Shown: positions 12,801 to 26,560, numbered from the stretch's first letter. The stretch is DNA of 64,000 nucleotides from Tubiluchus corallicola (GCA_030141605.1 JAQGDQ010000003.1:372001-436000), one strand, 5' to 3'. Numbers and translations are program-made. Notes: a model not told the origin generated them from the letters alone.

Positions 12801-15800
12801 GTTATGCATACCTTCAGGACATTCATGCATGCTTAAGTCATTTTATTCACCTATGCCTGCAGTGAAGTTTGTTTGGTGGGAGTTAAGAAATGTTTAATTT
12901 CTTTTGCATTTTATGCATATATTTTATGCGATAATTTCAATGTTTTTAAGTGTATATTGAAATACAATGGCTGTTATTCAAAGGTTGGTTTTTCTTTTAA
13001 TTCAGCATTCTTCAAGCATTGCTATTTCTTTATAGCATAAGTACGTAATTCACTCGTACAAAAAGAACTCTGGCACACTAATGACATATAAACACCTCCA
13101 ACAATATCTCATAAATTCAGCCATTCTTTTACTTTTAACACAGACAATACCATCTAAAGCCTGGTAACGAGTGGGAAAATCACAATTCATAGTATCATAA
13201 TAGCAAATAATTCGAGTAATCAGATATTGTGATACATGTAGCTATGCAATGCCGATCCAATTAAACTAAAAAAATGAAAGAAATCAAAGTCAAATCAGCT
13301 TACATGTGTTGCTGTCGCAATAAATTTTTTTCATGATTTCTTTTCCACTTTGACTTTAACTCCAAAACTTCTCTCTGCAAATAGGTAATCAAAATAATAA
13401 ACAAAAACGAACTGCAACAATTTCAAGAAGATTTAAAAAATAACAAATTAGCCCAAAAAATAAAGCTATGGTTGGCGGCAGTTCCAGACTCTTAAAATGG
13501 GGTCCGTGACCGTCTGACGTTCATCTGTCTGGCACTTAGTATCAGCCTTTCTCATATTTCTGCAATCTCTCTAACAAAAACTGGTGTGCAAGCTAAATGT
13601 GGATCATATGAAATTAATAATACTAGCTATGAATAACATCAGTTTTCTTGATCCTGTACAGTGAATTTAAAACACTAGCGCAGAGTAGCACTTACATTTA
13701 TTTAACAGCTTATAACAATACCTTAAATAATACAGTCGTCTTCTCAAAGTATTACTTCAAGGGAGACTACCATAAAAAACCTTAGGTTGCCATGAATAGC
13801 TTGAAAATTTTACGCAGCTGGAAATTAAATGACTCTTAACGAACTACGGCCAATTATCTCTTTTATGGACAAAAAATAGCAAAAATCGCTTAGACAATCA
13901 ATAGATCCTGCATGGCAAAGTAGAAACACTAGCTATTGATAATCTCAGAGTTTTAGTCTCTGAAGGTTTAGTTTTAGTATCAACTAATATCTTAAGGCAG
14001 ATGTTGCAACTCGCAGATTTTATTGCGTAAGATTTTGTGGCGTGTTCCAAAGAGTCATTCACTCATTGCTAATTCAATCATTTGATGCTGAAATATAAGA
14101 GAAATACCAATTGTCGACACGTCAGAGATAAGCAGACATAGACCACCGTTTTTCGACCCTTGACCTAACTGAAAAAGTATTAGTTAAACAAAGATGTCTA
14201 CAGTGTTTGTATGTATAATTCTTATACTTTCTTACATGACATTCTCACCAATGAAACACTGGGTCAAAATTATCGGTTCCTTGGAATACCATGGTACATA
14301 AACATCACAACCAAAAATTTTAGTGGTACATTATTGATGACCAAATTAAGACAAATTTTCAACTTTTTCACAGCCGGTAGTAACTCACTGATACACTCGC
14401 TTGAGTAAAGTGGAAAATAAATTATTTCTGTTGTGATCATTTTGTTTTTGCGGGTTACATACAAAGAGTGTAAAAAGTGAGTTTAGTATGTACATACTAG
14501 AACTTTATGCCTAATTTCATCACACCATGAGGCCCATCGTTGATCTAAAGCCATTATGTCTTCATCTCCATCAGAAAACCTGCTACGGTCATCATCTGCG
14601 AAATCGTCTTCGGTTTCGTGGGTCATAGTATCATCACTTGATATTTCTACATCATTCCAAAAGAAGCTCGAGTTTTGTTTTAACTTTTATAAATATACAT
14701 GAAGATATCACAAAAGTACAACAACAAAGCTCTCGTCTCAATTACTATTCCAGATAAACCTTATATCTTACTATAAAATTCTACTAGAATTAAACTTACA
14801 ATAATTTAGCTACTTGTATCTGGGCTATTAGAGAAGATGCCATAAACACATACCTGAGAAAAAATTAAGTATGACAAAAATAAATAACTAAAATTTTATT
14901 TCCTAGACACAAAAATTAATTGTATTATTTTAGTCAGGTTTTTTAATGGGCAAAACAAAGACAATTCTCCACGAAATTCACAATACTATTATTCTACTAA
15001 TTTATCACTTTGCTCAGAAATAATAAACAGCATTCGAGTATTAAAATTTTTTATTCTACCATTGAAATTCGATCCTAAATAATCTGATAATAGCCAAGTA
15101 AACTAACTGCAATGCCAAAAAAATCATCTCTTCATTTTGCAGATTTAGGATTTAATGCTCTAAAATGTATTTTACTACATTTAATAAAAATGATAAACAA
15201 GTAGTAGAGAATTAGTATTAAGATAGTTGATACCCAAATCCCGGCCAAAATGGTGCTGATTGCGTGAGAAACGGACTTTTCCAGAAGTTTGCAGACGTGA
15301 TGCCATGACTTCGTCTTCTGGCTCTGGTAAAGGAATGTCTATGGACGGAAGAGTATCGTTTTTATCAGAGTGGTTAGACGGAGACACTTGAGATGTCTGT
15401 GTCTCTAAAACAAAATACAGCAAAAATTATCTTCGTAATTTTTTTAAACTGAATAGCCTTAAAAAGTTTTGAGAAAAATTAGATTGAAAAGTTTAAAACC
15501 AAACAATTTTACAATGTAATATGCTTGAGATCACAATGACGATTTGCGAAAAGGTGAGAAGGATGCATATGTGCACCCAAAATATAGAAAATGTTGGGAA
15601 GCTAAAGTCACAGTAGTTTGTGTATAATTGTTAAATATGTGTAGGACATTCATGTAAAATAGCAGCTTAGGCTGATTCATTCACTCTGAGAATAGCGTGT
15701 AGTAAATTCTGACTTTTCATTCTGAGACACGCCCTTATTTCCATGCATTAAATTTTGTAGGGAATTCTTCTTTGTATTGAATGCAAAATTGAATGTGTGG

Positions 15801-17859
15801 AAGTAAGCGTTACAAATGTTTCTCAAAGCCAAATGTGAGATTTTACTCAGTATCCAAGTTACAAAAATATACACTTGTATTGTATAATACCATTCACCCT
15901 ATGTTGCACGTTCTGTACTGCTTGAACGCCTGCATCAGTACCAGCAGTTGCAAGTAGGTTGCAGTTCGTCTGCAGGGTTTCAAACGTTGGCAGAACCACA
16001 GCAAACTTTAGCGTATGATTGTAACTTTCCTGCAAAAAAAATTAAATTTGTCACTAGAATAAATTAACTGCAAATTACAAAATTTTGAACGCCTTATTTT
16101 TAAAAGTATTAAGTAAGTTTTTCAAATAAATTTTTGACCAGTTTTTCAGGCATACATTAAAATTATTGCCTAGCATTTCTGTTCAAATTATATTAAAACA
16201 GTCAATCTGCCATTATACAAAACAAACAGAATGTGAAACATTTTAATACATGTACATGTAAAATTCTAATCTAAATGTAAATTGTTAATTGCTATAAATA
16301 AGTGCACGCATTAAGTGTGGCACTTAACATGTAAACTGCAAATTTATGCACTACAACAGTCAGCAATGACAGTTATAGTTGATCAAACCACAGCACTTAA
16401 TCAAAGCAAAAAAAAATTAAAAAACTCACAAATTCATTCAAACTCTAGTCCTAAATTCTGTGGAGATCAGCAGAAATATATTTCAGTCACACTCAGTTGT
16501 AACTAATATTCTAGCTTTCCCACCTCTAACAGATGTGAACTTATTGATCTAAGCACCCGATTATTATATACCGTGCCATGAGGCAATTATATAACAATCA
16601 CCAAAAGAATTAAATATTAAAAGGTATTACTTGTCAGTTAAATGAAATAGTTGTCAGCTAATTAGAAGGAACTTTTTAAAAAACTGATAATTGCTTTATG
16701 TCTTAGAAAAAATGACAGGCACTCAGGTTTCTGCATCTGCATCCTTTATTTGAATGCATATTCTTTTTTCATGTTTCATGTATTTTCCTAACTTTCATCC
16801 TGCCACGACTTCATACATAGAAAGCTAAAATTTGGCACAGCACTTAGCACACAAGATGTTAAAGGATCATGCAGCATTGATAACAACTGAATTAGAAGAG
16901 CCTCTTGGCTAAAAAACACACATTATAAAATGAGACTAGATTTAGCTGCTCTAGCACTTTGCAGACTATGTCAAGTTACTGCTTAAGAAAATACTGTTAG
17001 ACATCTAAAGCCAAAATTTACTTACCAGGTGTCATGCAGAAAAGAGGAGACAGTTATATACAACACAGAATCTCACATAAAATTAGTGCTCAAAGAAAGA
17101 GTTAATTCAGTCAAGTGACAACGATTTTCTAACTTAAACTTGAAGTTGTGAAGGCCTTCTGACCGCCAATATAAGCCAATTACCTACCTCTCTTTTACAA
17201 ACAAAAGTTGTGTTAATTGGCTTTTAGTTTTACATCAAGTTCAAACATAGAAATAATATAGCAAAATTAGTGAATAAGAGATATCAAAAAGCAGTAAGTG
17301 AAAGACAGTACCTATTTTGACAATGCTAACAAAATAATCATGATGTGTGACATTAACTTTCCACTACTGCAACATTTGTTATAAAATTACTTTTGTCACA
17401 CAATTAAAGTAACAGCAATTATAATACACAATTCTAGAATGACTTAACTGAGCAGGCTGGAATCAATGCGCAGGCAGAAACATTTGAAGGATGCCTGATA
17501 ACCGGCATCACAAACACACTGTTCTTAATGTTACACTTCAAGGCTGAACAACAAAAATCAAGCAGGCATCAGTACTTTATTTTTGTTTTCTAATGTTTCA
17601 GAATTTGAGAGAAAAACTCAAATCTGAATCATATCCTCAGTTTATGTAAGTCAAGCAGTCATTAAAGTGATACTCAATTCATGTCGAATTGAAAATGAAG
17701 CTATCATTAAACGCTTTTCTACCAAAATATTTAAAATCCTTACAAAAACAGCAAAAGTTAATCAGTTACCTGTAGGTCATTGGATACTGAACTGCCAGGA
17801 GATTCGGCCTGGGTAGGGACAACTGGAAGTGATGTAGCGGAAGTATCAGGTGAGGGCAT
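6896..17859 (-). CDS. POC5: Centrosomal/centriolar protein POC5 (centrin-binding), 11 coding exons, about 614 aa
   Basis: Exons (-): 17859-17770, 16029-15891, 15404-15234, 14646-14498, 13374-13304, 12070-11872, 11222-11043, 10258-10114, 9609-9134, 8531-8457, 7045-6896; total 1845 nt in frame. Motifs SLPVV..SPGSSVSNDLQESY, RSFFAWR, VEQACQARAEEVC, KQAFMRGVTALNME, SVVVERH, ETIGQAIASKYPR match recalled human POC5. The exon 2/3 junction has an alternative frame-compatible reading (15898/15396). Confidence 0.93.
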
Positions 17860-19019
17860 AGCATCACATTACAATGATTACATTAATTACAATCAGTGGT
17901 TTTGGAGGTATCAAATATACGCTCCAGAAATATCGTCCAAACATGTCCAAACATGTCCATACAGTCCAAACATGTACGCTCCAGAAATATCTGACCCTGT
18001 ACAAAAATTTAATATTTATTAATGACTCTAAATATATTGCAATTCACATTACTGATGCTTAAAAATGGTTAATTGACATAAGTTACGCACATGTTTGACG
18101 TACCTAACAATAACCTCAAATCCTGGAATCCTCAAAAAAGTATAAAAAATAATGTGTCAAAGGCATGCTCCACTAATGCCTCCCAAAAAGCAAAATTTGG
18201 TGTTCTAGCTTAATCATACTGCAATTTGCACATTGCAACTTGCAGTTAACTCATTAATTTTTAGCCAGGCAATTTCCGAAAAAAAATATGTAAAAATGGG
18301 ATTTGAGAGGCCTCTGGATTGCAAGTCCAATGCCATTGACCATAAAATCACTCCAATTCCCTTCTGATCAAGATGGTCCTTAATCAGTCAGGTAAAATAT
18401 ATGAAAAGTAACACCCAAAAATTTTATACGAAAGTTTTTTTACTGGAAGTTTATCAGCAGGTCCAGAAAAGTCTCCCAAAGTCCACCCATAGGAACATGT
18501 TAATTTACATAATTTCATAATGGCAGCTCCTTTAAATTTTGATGTACTACAAACTTTTTTCTGTCTCACTTTAGAACCTATAAATGTATTACCAACAGAC
18601 AGAAACATGACATCACATAATCAGATAAGCTTAATGAAAATCTTGTATGATATCAGAATGATGTCATACTATGTCATTATACATCAATGGGATTATTGGA
18701 ATATGTTATAGATGAAGTTCATGACATCCTAAGTGCTCTACATGACAAATTTGATATCTGTGTGATGTCACAAGTAAATGAATAGTGTGAGTTTCTTAAA
18801 ATCACAGTCGTAACTTTTGACATAGAACTGTACTGGCACAAATCACCCTTACAATTAATTACCATCACTCATGTGCATAACTGAGGTGAAGCATGTAGAG
18901 TGCACTTGATAAAAACCCGAAATTAAAAATGAATTATTTACCATGGCAGCTCCATGTTAAAAACTGGTGAGTGGTGTTGTGTATCCATAGCAAAAGTAAA
19001 GAGGTAGTCAGTCAGAAAA

Positions 19020-19440
19020 AAGTTTATTAGTATTAACAATATTTTGGGAAACCCCTGCTCCCTTCATCAGGTTACATAAAATTAATTACATAGAATTCCA
19101 GTAATGTCATTTAAACATGACAAATTTGAATAATGGAATGGTTGCTATGGCAGACCAAAAGAAAATTATTACCTAGCTATCAATTAGACATTTGTATGTT
19201 ACAGGCATTGATATGTAATCATTGAATTTATGAATGGAATGCATTACAACTGGTTGCAAACCACTCCAAAAATTAACTTCTGTGGTAATTCTTTACCTTA
19301 TAAAATTTTTGCATTTACCAAATCAACATTATGGTTTAAATTAACAGCATGGTCTGCCACTTTAGAGTCCGAGGAGAAGGCCTGAATAAATATGTTTTTT
19401 GAATGTTCATAAATTCATTCATACACATTTCAAAAAAATA
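19020..19440 (-). mobile_element. Decayed Penelope-like retroelement 3' end (GIY-YIG C-terminal part plus hammerhead-like motif)
   Basis: Minus-strand peptide (R>*)IYEHSKN...SKVADHAVNLNHNVDLVNAKIL resembles the Penelope endonuclease tail RIxEH...SAVAEH...HxIDW..AKIL, and is followed by CTGATGAAGGGAG..TTCCC.AAATATT. Confidence 0.7.
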
Positions 19441-19602
19441 AACAAAATTTTAAGTCACTGTCATTCTGGGCATCTACACAGTTTTTCAACACTAACAAAC
19501 TTGAGGATGACTGTTTTGAATAATGATGTGGATGACTTCTGTTCACATTGATACAAAAAAATTTGAGTGATACAAAAAGTAACTGAACTGAACTAAACTA
19601 TA

Positions 19603-19690
19603 CAGTAGGTGTCACTTAATAGACTCACTTTGGGACCGAAGCGTTTTGACCTAATTAACCAACTGAACCTATTAACCAATGAGTGTAGTA
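19603..19690 (+). mobile_element. Partial Tigger/pogo-like MITE end
   Basis: TA-CAGTAG...cacttaat...cactttgggacc... resembles the left end of the 57746-57931 element; no matching right TIR found. Confidence 0.35.
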
Positions 19691-20586
19691 TTATTGGTAT
19701 AGAAGTCTGAGTCGTCAGCTTAGTATGCACTGCAAAGGTTTTTCATGAATTTTAGAAACAAAGTAATGCCTAAATTACAGTAAATCAGCTAGCTCGGCTG
19801 AGGTTGACTGACTTTTCAGCTGAGCTGGCTAAAAGAAAAAATCAGCTAGGTCAGCTAAAGATAAAATTTTTTATTAACTAAATAAATGATAAATTGCTAG
19901 TTAACTGTTAAATTGTGCAGACAATTTTTTTAAATAATTCGTGTTGCTTATACATAGAAAGAAGCTGATGTACAAATTCAAATAATGCATTAGAGATCAA
20001 GTTTTTATTATTATAAAAAACAATGGATTTATTGCAAATATAATTGAAATGCAACTCTTGGCGAGGCTTATCTTGATTACGAACACACCAAAATGATCCT
20101 ATATGTGTAACTAACGTTGCCTATTTGCATATTTAATTTTGAGTTGACCAGCTCTCCCGTTCAAAAATTTCTAAAGTTTAGTATCTCTGCCAGCATACGC
20201 ACAATCTGACCGCAAATCCGCAATGCATTTCATATATTTCAACCAGTGATTTGCAGTGTCACGTGATTATTGCAAGAGCAAAAATCTTTGCTGCCGGCAA
20301 ATTTTGTGCCTGATGGCCTTGATGCAAAAATTTCCACTGCTTAAATTACAGTAGTGATGATGAAGGTGGTGGTAAATGTGCAGGTGCTTGTATATGCTGC
20401 TAAACACAGGCAATGTTATTAACACAATGCATGCTTAGCAATGTGCCTTACCGTGTTACGGCCCACTAAACAGCAACACATGCCAATGATTATGAAATAA
20501 AGCCAAAAATTTCCATTAATCTTTATCTGCGTAATTTGTTTAGAATCGTGGGAAGGAGTTTACAATTCCAACAACAATTTAAATAT

Positions 20587-20640
20587 CCTAACCCTAACCC
20601 TAGCTTTAACCCCAACCTCAACCTTAATCCTAATTCCAAT
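20587..20640. repeat. Degenerate telomere-like (TAACCC)n tract
   Basis: cctaaccctaaccctagctttaaccccaacctcaaccttaatcctaatt; such tracts often lie inside Helentron-associated elements. Confidence 0.7.
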
Positions 20641-20989
20641 CTGCTCCATGAACTAATTTTTTGTGTGCAGGGAATTGTTAACTTTAGCTGAATCATGCGT
20701 CGCAAAAACATTGCTTTGCAACCAAGGATTTAAAGCCCAATTCATACAAATTTAACTTGGTTTACAGTACTATACAAAAGATTGCTCGTGCATTTGAATA
20801 TGAACTGCCTCCTCGTGCAATATATTGCCTTTTATCTGTATCACCTAGCTTGGAACACAATGTCTAGATGCCTTAGTTAATCATTGCTCCCAAACAATTC
20901 ATTAAACTATTTGCTTTGCACTTTTGATAATACATCCAAGTATAGCATTTGGATAACCTAACACTTAAATTTACTTTTTGAATATTGTA

Positions 20990-21490
20990 CAATGTTCCCT
21001 CACTTATCGCGGGTGTTCCGTTCCAGGCACACCCGCGATAAGAGAATTTCCGCGAAGTAGGGATGCTATACTTATTCTCTGGTTGGTCGCTTTCCATCAA
21101 TCAACCACTCGTGTGTTGTGTACAATTTCACGTCGGCAAGTAGCATCTGAAACGGGCGCAAGTACTATATTTCGTGTTTGGTTTGTATTCATCTGCCGAA
21201 TAAATACACTATTTACTGTAAAAGGTAATTTTTTATGATTCTTTTAATGTTAGAAATAATATTTTTAATATATTTTTCATACATTTTGTGATTTCTTTAT
21301 GCAAAATTCATCAAATCTGTACATTACTGTACAATACGTACTACACATGTGCAAAAATATTTTAGACGGAGTACCGCAAAACCCGTGAAACAGCGAAAAT
21401 TCCACGATAAATATTTTACATTAATATTTTTGAAAACCGCGAAACAGCGAGTCCGCGATAAATGAACCGCAAAGTAGTAAGGGAACACTG
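20990..21490. mobile_element. Tc1/mariner-superfamily (Tigger-like) MITE, about 500 bp
   Basis: ta|CAATGTTCCCT... and ...AGGGAACACTG|ta imperfect TIRs with flanking TA; subterminal ccgcga repeats. Confidence 0.85.
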
Positions 21491-22956
21491 TATAACACAA
21501 ACTCTTTATTCACTTGTTTAGAGACATAAACCTATGTTATTATATCTACCTATGGATTACAAGTACTCATGTAGAAAGGGTTGGGAAGGAATTTTAATGT
21601 TAAGTTCTGTCAAGTTTGTCTACCTTACAAAATTAGGAAAATCAGGAATAAGCCAGAGATATGGCATACTCTACTGTCAGTTGTTCTGGTATGCATGTAT
21701 TATGTAAACTTACAAAGTCATTTATGCAAATATTTCAACCGTAATGTCGGAGAAATAGCGTGCTCTTACACAGGTAGGTAAGAAAGCTCATCAGTGGTGA
21801 TTAATTATGCCATGGCAACCTTGGAAGATCAAAAAAAGCCTTGGCAGTATGGGCTGCCGCTGCTGATCAGCATCTTGGGACTGTTCAAAATTTGTAGTTT
21901 GTATCTACTAGTTTAACCATTCAATTCTAAGATTAAATACATAAATTCACATAGCTACGAGTAGACGAAAACACATATTAATAGAAATAAATAAGCGTAG
22001 TAAGTTTATCACTGTACATTCTCAGAATGATGTCTTGATAAAGAAAAGACATTTTATCAGCTATTGTTAGTGCATGTCAGAAACAAAGCAAGGTGAAGGG
22101 AACAGTTTGTTGTTTACAAAAATCAGTAAACGTTTAGAGTGACTAAACGAAACGCTTCCCGATTGTTTATAGTTTACACGTGTAAACATGACAGCCCTAC
22201 ATCATCAGTACATATAAATAACAAAAAAAGATGAAAAGAATTACCCCGAGAATCACTATAACACTTAGTAAAAGGTTGAATTGAAGTTTGAATTTAAAGA
22301 ATATTAAACCATGATCCAGATTTAATTTTCATAACAGTAATACATCTGATTTGAAAAATTTAAATAACGTTAATATTTTAAGCTACTAGTACTATATAGT
22401 ATTAATCTTAAACAATATTTAAAAAAAGCATAAACAGTGAGCGAGTGTCGTTTAGATTTCAGATTATATTGACACCAACCATAAGACACATGATACAACA
22501 TACACAACCCATACAACTTACAGCAATACAAGGAACTGAACTATGAGTATGAATGTAGATTGTTCTCTCACCTAATCCACTTTACTCTCAAAGAGAAATC
22601 CCCCTAGTTCTATTGGAATTGCTATACAAAGTCGAACATCTCAATTAGTACCGGATTTTCGATGTCTTAATATTTTACGTGCATATACACAAATTTTAAA
22701 TTACACTTTTGAAAAACGCGCCATGTCCGAAAACACAAATGTACCCTGTGATTTCCCTCGACACCGATGCACCAAATTTAAGATTCGCATATATTTACTT
22801 TTAATTTTCTGCATAATCCTATTGGAACAAGCTCTGCGGCTACAAGAAAAAAATATATCAGAAAAATTATTCCAAACTTTACTGAGCAATGCGTCAGTTG
22901 ATTCAGTTCACAGTTTTTATGTGTCATTATGCCTTTCAGTCGCGTGGCGTTCACAC

Positions 22957-23275
22957 TAGGGTGAGCATCGAACGTTGGAGTTTGAACGAGTTTTTAGTTC
23001 GAATTCGATTCGAACCAAAAACTATAGATTCGAATAATTCAGCACTTCAATCACTTACATTCTTTATCACTAAAACGAATGAAACATCATGCAACTAGCA
23101 TAATTTAGCCTTGATTTCTGTGCAGTTTTTACTTGTCAAGTAATATGCATGATTTATCTTTCAATCTCAATTCGAATTCAATTCGAATTTTAAATACTGA
23201 AGTTCGGTTCAATTTTAATTTGAACGTTACAAATTCGATTCGAATTAGCTTTCTGGTAGAGAATGCTTACTCCTA
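22957..23275. mobile_element. Non-autonomous hAT element with 8-bp TSD
   Basis: Ends TAGGGTGAGCAT / ATGCTTACTCCTA; perfect 8-bp direct repeat GTTCACAC at 22949-22956 and 23276-23283; internal ttcga/attcg repeats. Confidence 0.88.
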
Positions 23276-23824
23276 GTTCACACCAAGTGAGATACAATTT
23301 AGAAATAATTATGTCAGAGCAAACTTTGATAATATGGTACCGTCTCTAATCATGCTTCTTCCGAATCCACTTGTGGGACGCATGCATTGGAGGCATAGTT
23401 AATTCACTTGAGCACACTGAGAATGTCGCACCACACCACATATACCACATCACACTACACCATAACAATATGCACAACACATCACACCACAGCAACCTTA
23501 CTTTCAAAGTTGCATAGACACCCATAGGTGAGCTTTGTTGTTGTCCCAACTTAAACATGTCTTAAAGCTATCCGTGTTTTTTTAATTGATAGACGGTGCA
23601 TCATGCAGTGGTTAACGACATGCTAGACAAAAAATAGCAAGGAAATATTGGTCTGTGAAAAATAATAATCTGGAGTAATATCTATAGAGAGGTCAAACGA
23701 GAAAGGGCTGTTGTTGTCTAGGTGCTGCTACATTTTGAAACATGGTGGGTCCCATGCACCTGTTGACACGACCCGTTCCTGTCCACTACCATTGCCCACG
23801 ATGCATCATCCCTCAAATCTAACA

Positions 23825-24025
23825 TCGTATTTTCGCATTGAACCTTAATGCATGCTCAATCCAATAAAATCTTCTTACTTGCATTTGTTCACTCCAAGGA
23901 TTCTTCTTGACCACATCACACAGAGCGTCGTTGGGTATTTTGTCAGGCCATTAGTTTTTGTAATTCCTTTAATCATCCATAGAGACAATGGAAGACATTT
24001 AATCTTTGAAAAGCGTCAATTTTCT
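23825..24025 (-). mobile_element. Decayed RTE-clade LINE ORF C-terminal fragment
   Basis: KIDAFQR...WPDKIPNDALCDVVKKNPWSEQMQVRRFYWIEHALR resembles the recalled RTE C-terminus (WPDKISNEEL...WS..IKRRRLRWxGHxLR); frameshifted. Confidence 0.7.
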
Positions 24026-25089
24026 TCTGCAGCTTAACTTTTATTGTCTACCGCTCAGCATTGTACAAAAGTGCAGGTTCAACTAACGTTGAAAGGATCC
24101 AGACTTTGATTTCAAGAGAAAAACTATTATTCTCAAAAAACGTTGTGAGATTTAAATAAACAGATAAAGCAATGGAAAGGTGGTAAAACTAGTTGAAGGA
24201 TAGATAGATAATCCATTGACTATATTGTAACAGTTGATAAGATCAATTGTCTTTCTCCGTTGTTAAAGTTGATACTGTCAATAGAAAGGTCAACAGTCAC
24301 AACACACTCGGCTCACCGAATACAATCGAACATACACCGACACTACAAAACACCACACAATTAACAATATTAAGCCATCCACACCACATTACATCATGCT
24401 GCACAACACTACAGTAATCCATTGACATTGACACCACACCTTACCACCAATAATGAAGGTGATACAGGAATTGCTACATTTCTTTCTTAAATGGTATAAA
24501 ACAGGATGCCAGTATCTTGCTCAAAAGTATAGTGTAAATTGATTTTTGATTTTTAAGTTTCTTTGCAATTAATTGACTAACGATATATATATCCATCTGG
24601 TAGGGACAACATGATTGGAAGGTTGGGAAGGGACCCCAAGTTGACCTGTGCTTCAGGCTCACAAGTAATTAGTCCCTGTTTAACGTTAAAGGAAATTGAT
24701 ACACCCAGTACCATCTCGCCTTTAAATTTTTATAATTTGTATGATTCCCAAATGCTGAATATTTTACCCTAGACATTCCTAGATGTAGAACACTTATTTA
24801 TAAGTGCATCGGGTTTCTTAATTATCGTCCTCGAGCAGACACAATTAAGCATCGCGGAAGATTTTTTCAACGATCGAGTCTCTGCGACTTGTCTATTTTT
24901 GCCAAAATATAGTGACAGACACCAGCATTCCTCAGTTGTTACAGTGTCGACCACCTCCTTTGACTTGACCACCGGTCACTAACTTCTCTGCAAACTGAAG
25001 TTGAACAATATTTTAATCTACCCGCGGACTGACCTCATGTCACTCTGGTGGTACTTTGTATTGATCAACAGTTTGCTGTATCCAAGCGG

Positions 25090-25275
25090 AACGCATAGCA
25101 GCAGCTGACGAAATCAGCTGAGCGCTCGCTCGATTGCTGCCATTGAGCTTTCATGCTGCTGTGTTGTATGTCGCGTGCTAGATTCGACCGTTATTAGTCA
25201 CCGTTGCGCAATTTTATTGCTTATCTTGCCTTTGTGTGGCAACAAAATATTACCGTTAATTATTTCAAGTGCAAG
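25090..25275 (+). promoter_or_regulatory. Probable NT5C2 promoter / non-coding first exon
   Basis: CpG-richer patch ending in a strong donor CAAG|GTAAGG at 25276; an acceptor tttcag at 27374 lies just before the ATG at 27398. The TSS position is a guess. Confidence 0.5.
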
Positions 25276-26254
25276 GTAAGGCTCTGATGTTCAAGATATT
25301 GGTAAACGAACTTAGCTTGTTATCCATTAATTAGCTATAATAACGTGATCAAAAATTGTTTGGCTGTGTCGTCGTCAATCGATTGCAACATATAGGCGTA
25401 TTTACTGTATCGTATATTTATGTGTACGTTTTCGTGAATAAATAATACCCACAAGGTTATATGAAAAACGAATGTGTTCTCCCAATTTTGTACATCCAAA
25501 GAGAAAGTAAAGACGTGCACAGATCCCGGTTAATACTATAATTTATGTAACCAATGTTTCTTATTTCGAACAAAGAACAAAGCTTATTCCAACCAACGGG
25601 GGTTTGACCTGAAATAGCTTTGCCTGAATTGTTTACTGTATGATTGTAAAACAAACACTGATTAAAAGCGATTCAGTAATTGCCAGCCACCATAACAATG
25701 ACTGGGGTGAGGGGGCACATTTTTTCATCTCAATGCTGGTAATTATTAATTAATTGTTGCCCACACTGTTAATTAATTGTTAATTAAACTAATTTAATTA
25801 ATTGTTACGTAAATTGCTTTAGTTCTGCATTATTAACGTCTCAGTTTTTTGTTCCTCACTGTTAGGCTTATAAACTGCTCACTGCTATAAAGTTATATAA
25901 TTTAGTTAAGAATGTATTAAATTATATTATGCGTTTGCTGATTTTTTATGAGAATTGTCAAAATGCTAAGCAGTTAGAATAATCGCCATGCACTACTTTG
26001 TCAGACTATGAATATCATCACACCGCAAAGAACTTTTCATTTGGAAAATTGCTTTGTATGTACAGCTTTGTAGTAACAAAAAACTGTCATAAAACAATAC
26101 TATGGAAATAATTATAAGTTGATAAACTTTCTGGTTTTATTGAAATTCATTGGTCACACAGACTTGTTTTAAAGTCTTTTTCGCAAAATTTTTGCCAAAT
26201 GTTGTGTATTAAATTGTAAGTTAAGTTTGGACTTTGTTCAGATCATCGATGCTG

Positions 26255-26560
26255 GTGCATCATCATCAGCACCTATTCATTATCGTTATCATCATCATCA
26301 TCACCACCATGGCCATCAGCATTAATGTCACCATCACTGTCATCATCAGCATCATCATTATCGTCTCCACTTTTTGCATTTCTTGATTTATCTGCATCTA
26401 TCGTTTGTCTGTATTGTAATTAGGACTATTCTTGTTGAACGTAGCTTATATGTTAATTTCTTCTGCTATGCTCATAGCACTGCAATGCATTGTTAATTCT
26501 GTAATTGTAGTATTTTGTATATTGCAAAGCTAAATGGATAAATAAATAAATTTGAATCTA
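26255..26560 (+). repeat. Dispersed repeat copy 2 (probable LINE 3' tail)
   Basis: Diverged copy of 2415-2713, ending ataaataaataaatttgaatct. Confidence 0.8.

Noticed and set aside
13470-14170. Possible Helentron-associated element (gtcc/gtct repeats, gacccttgacct)
   Set aside because: Termini could not be defined by eye.
17484-17516. Hairpin gatgcc-tgataacc-ggcatc as a second hammerhead
   Set aside because: Lacks intact CTGANGA and GAAA cores.
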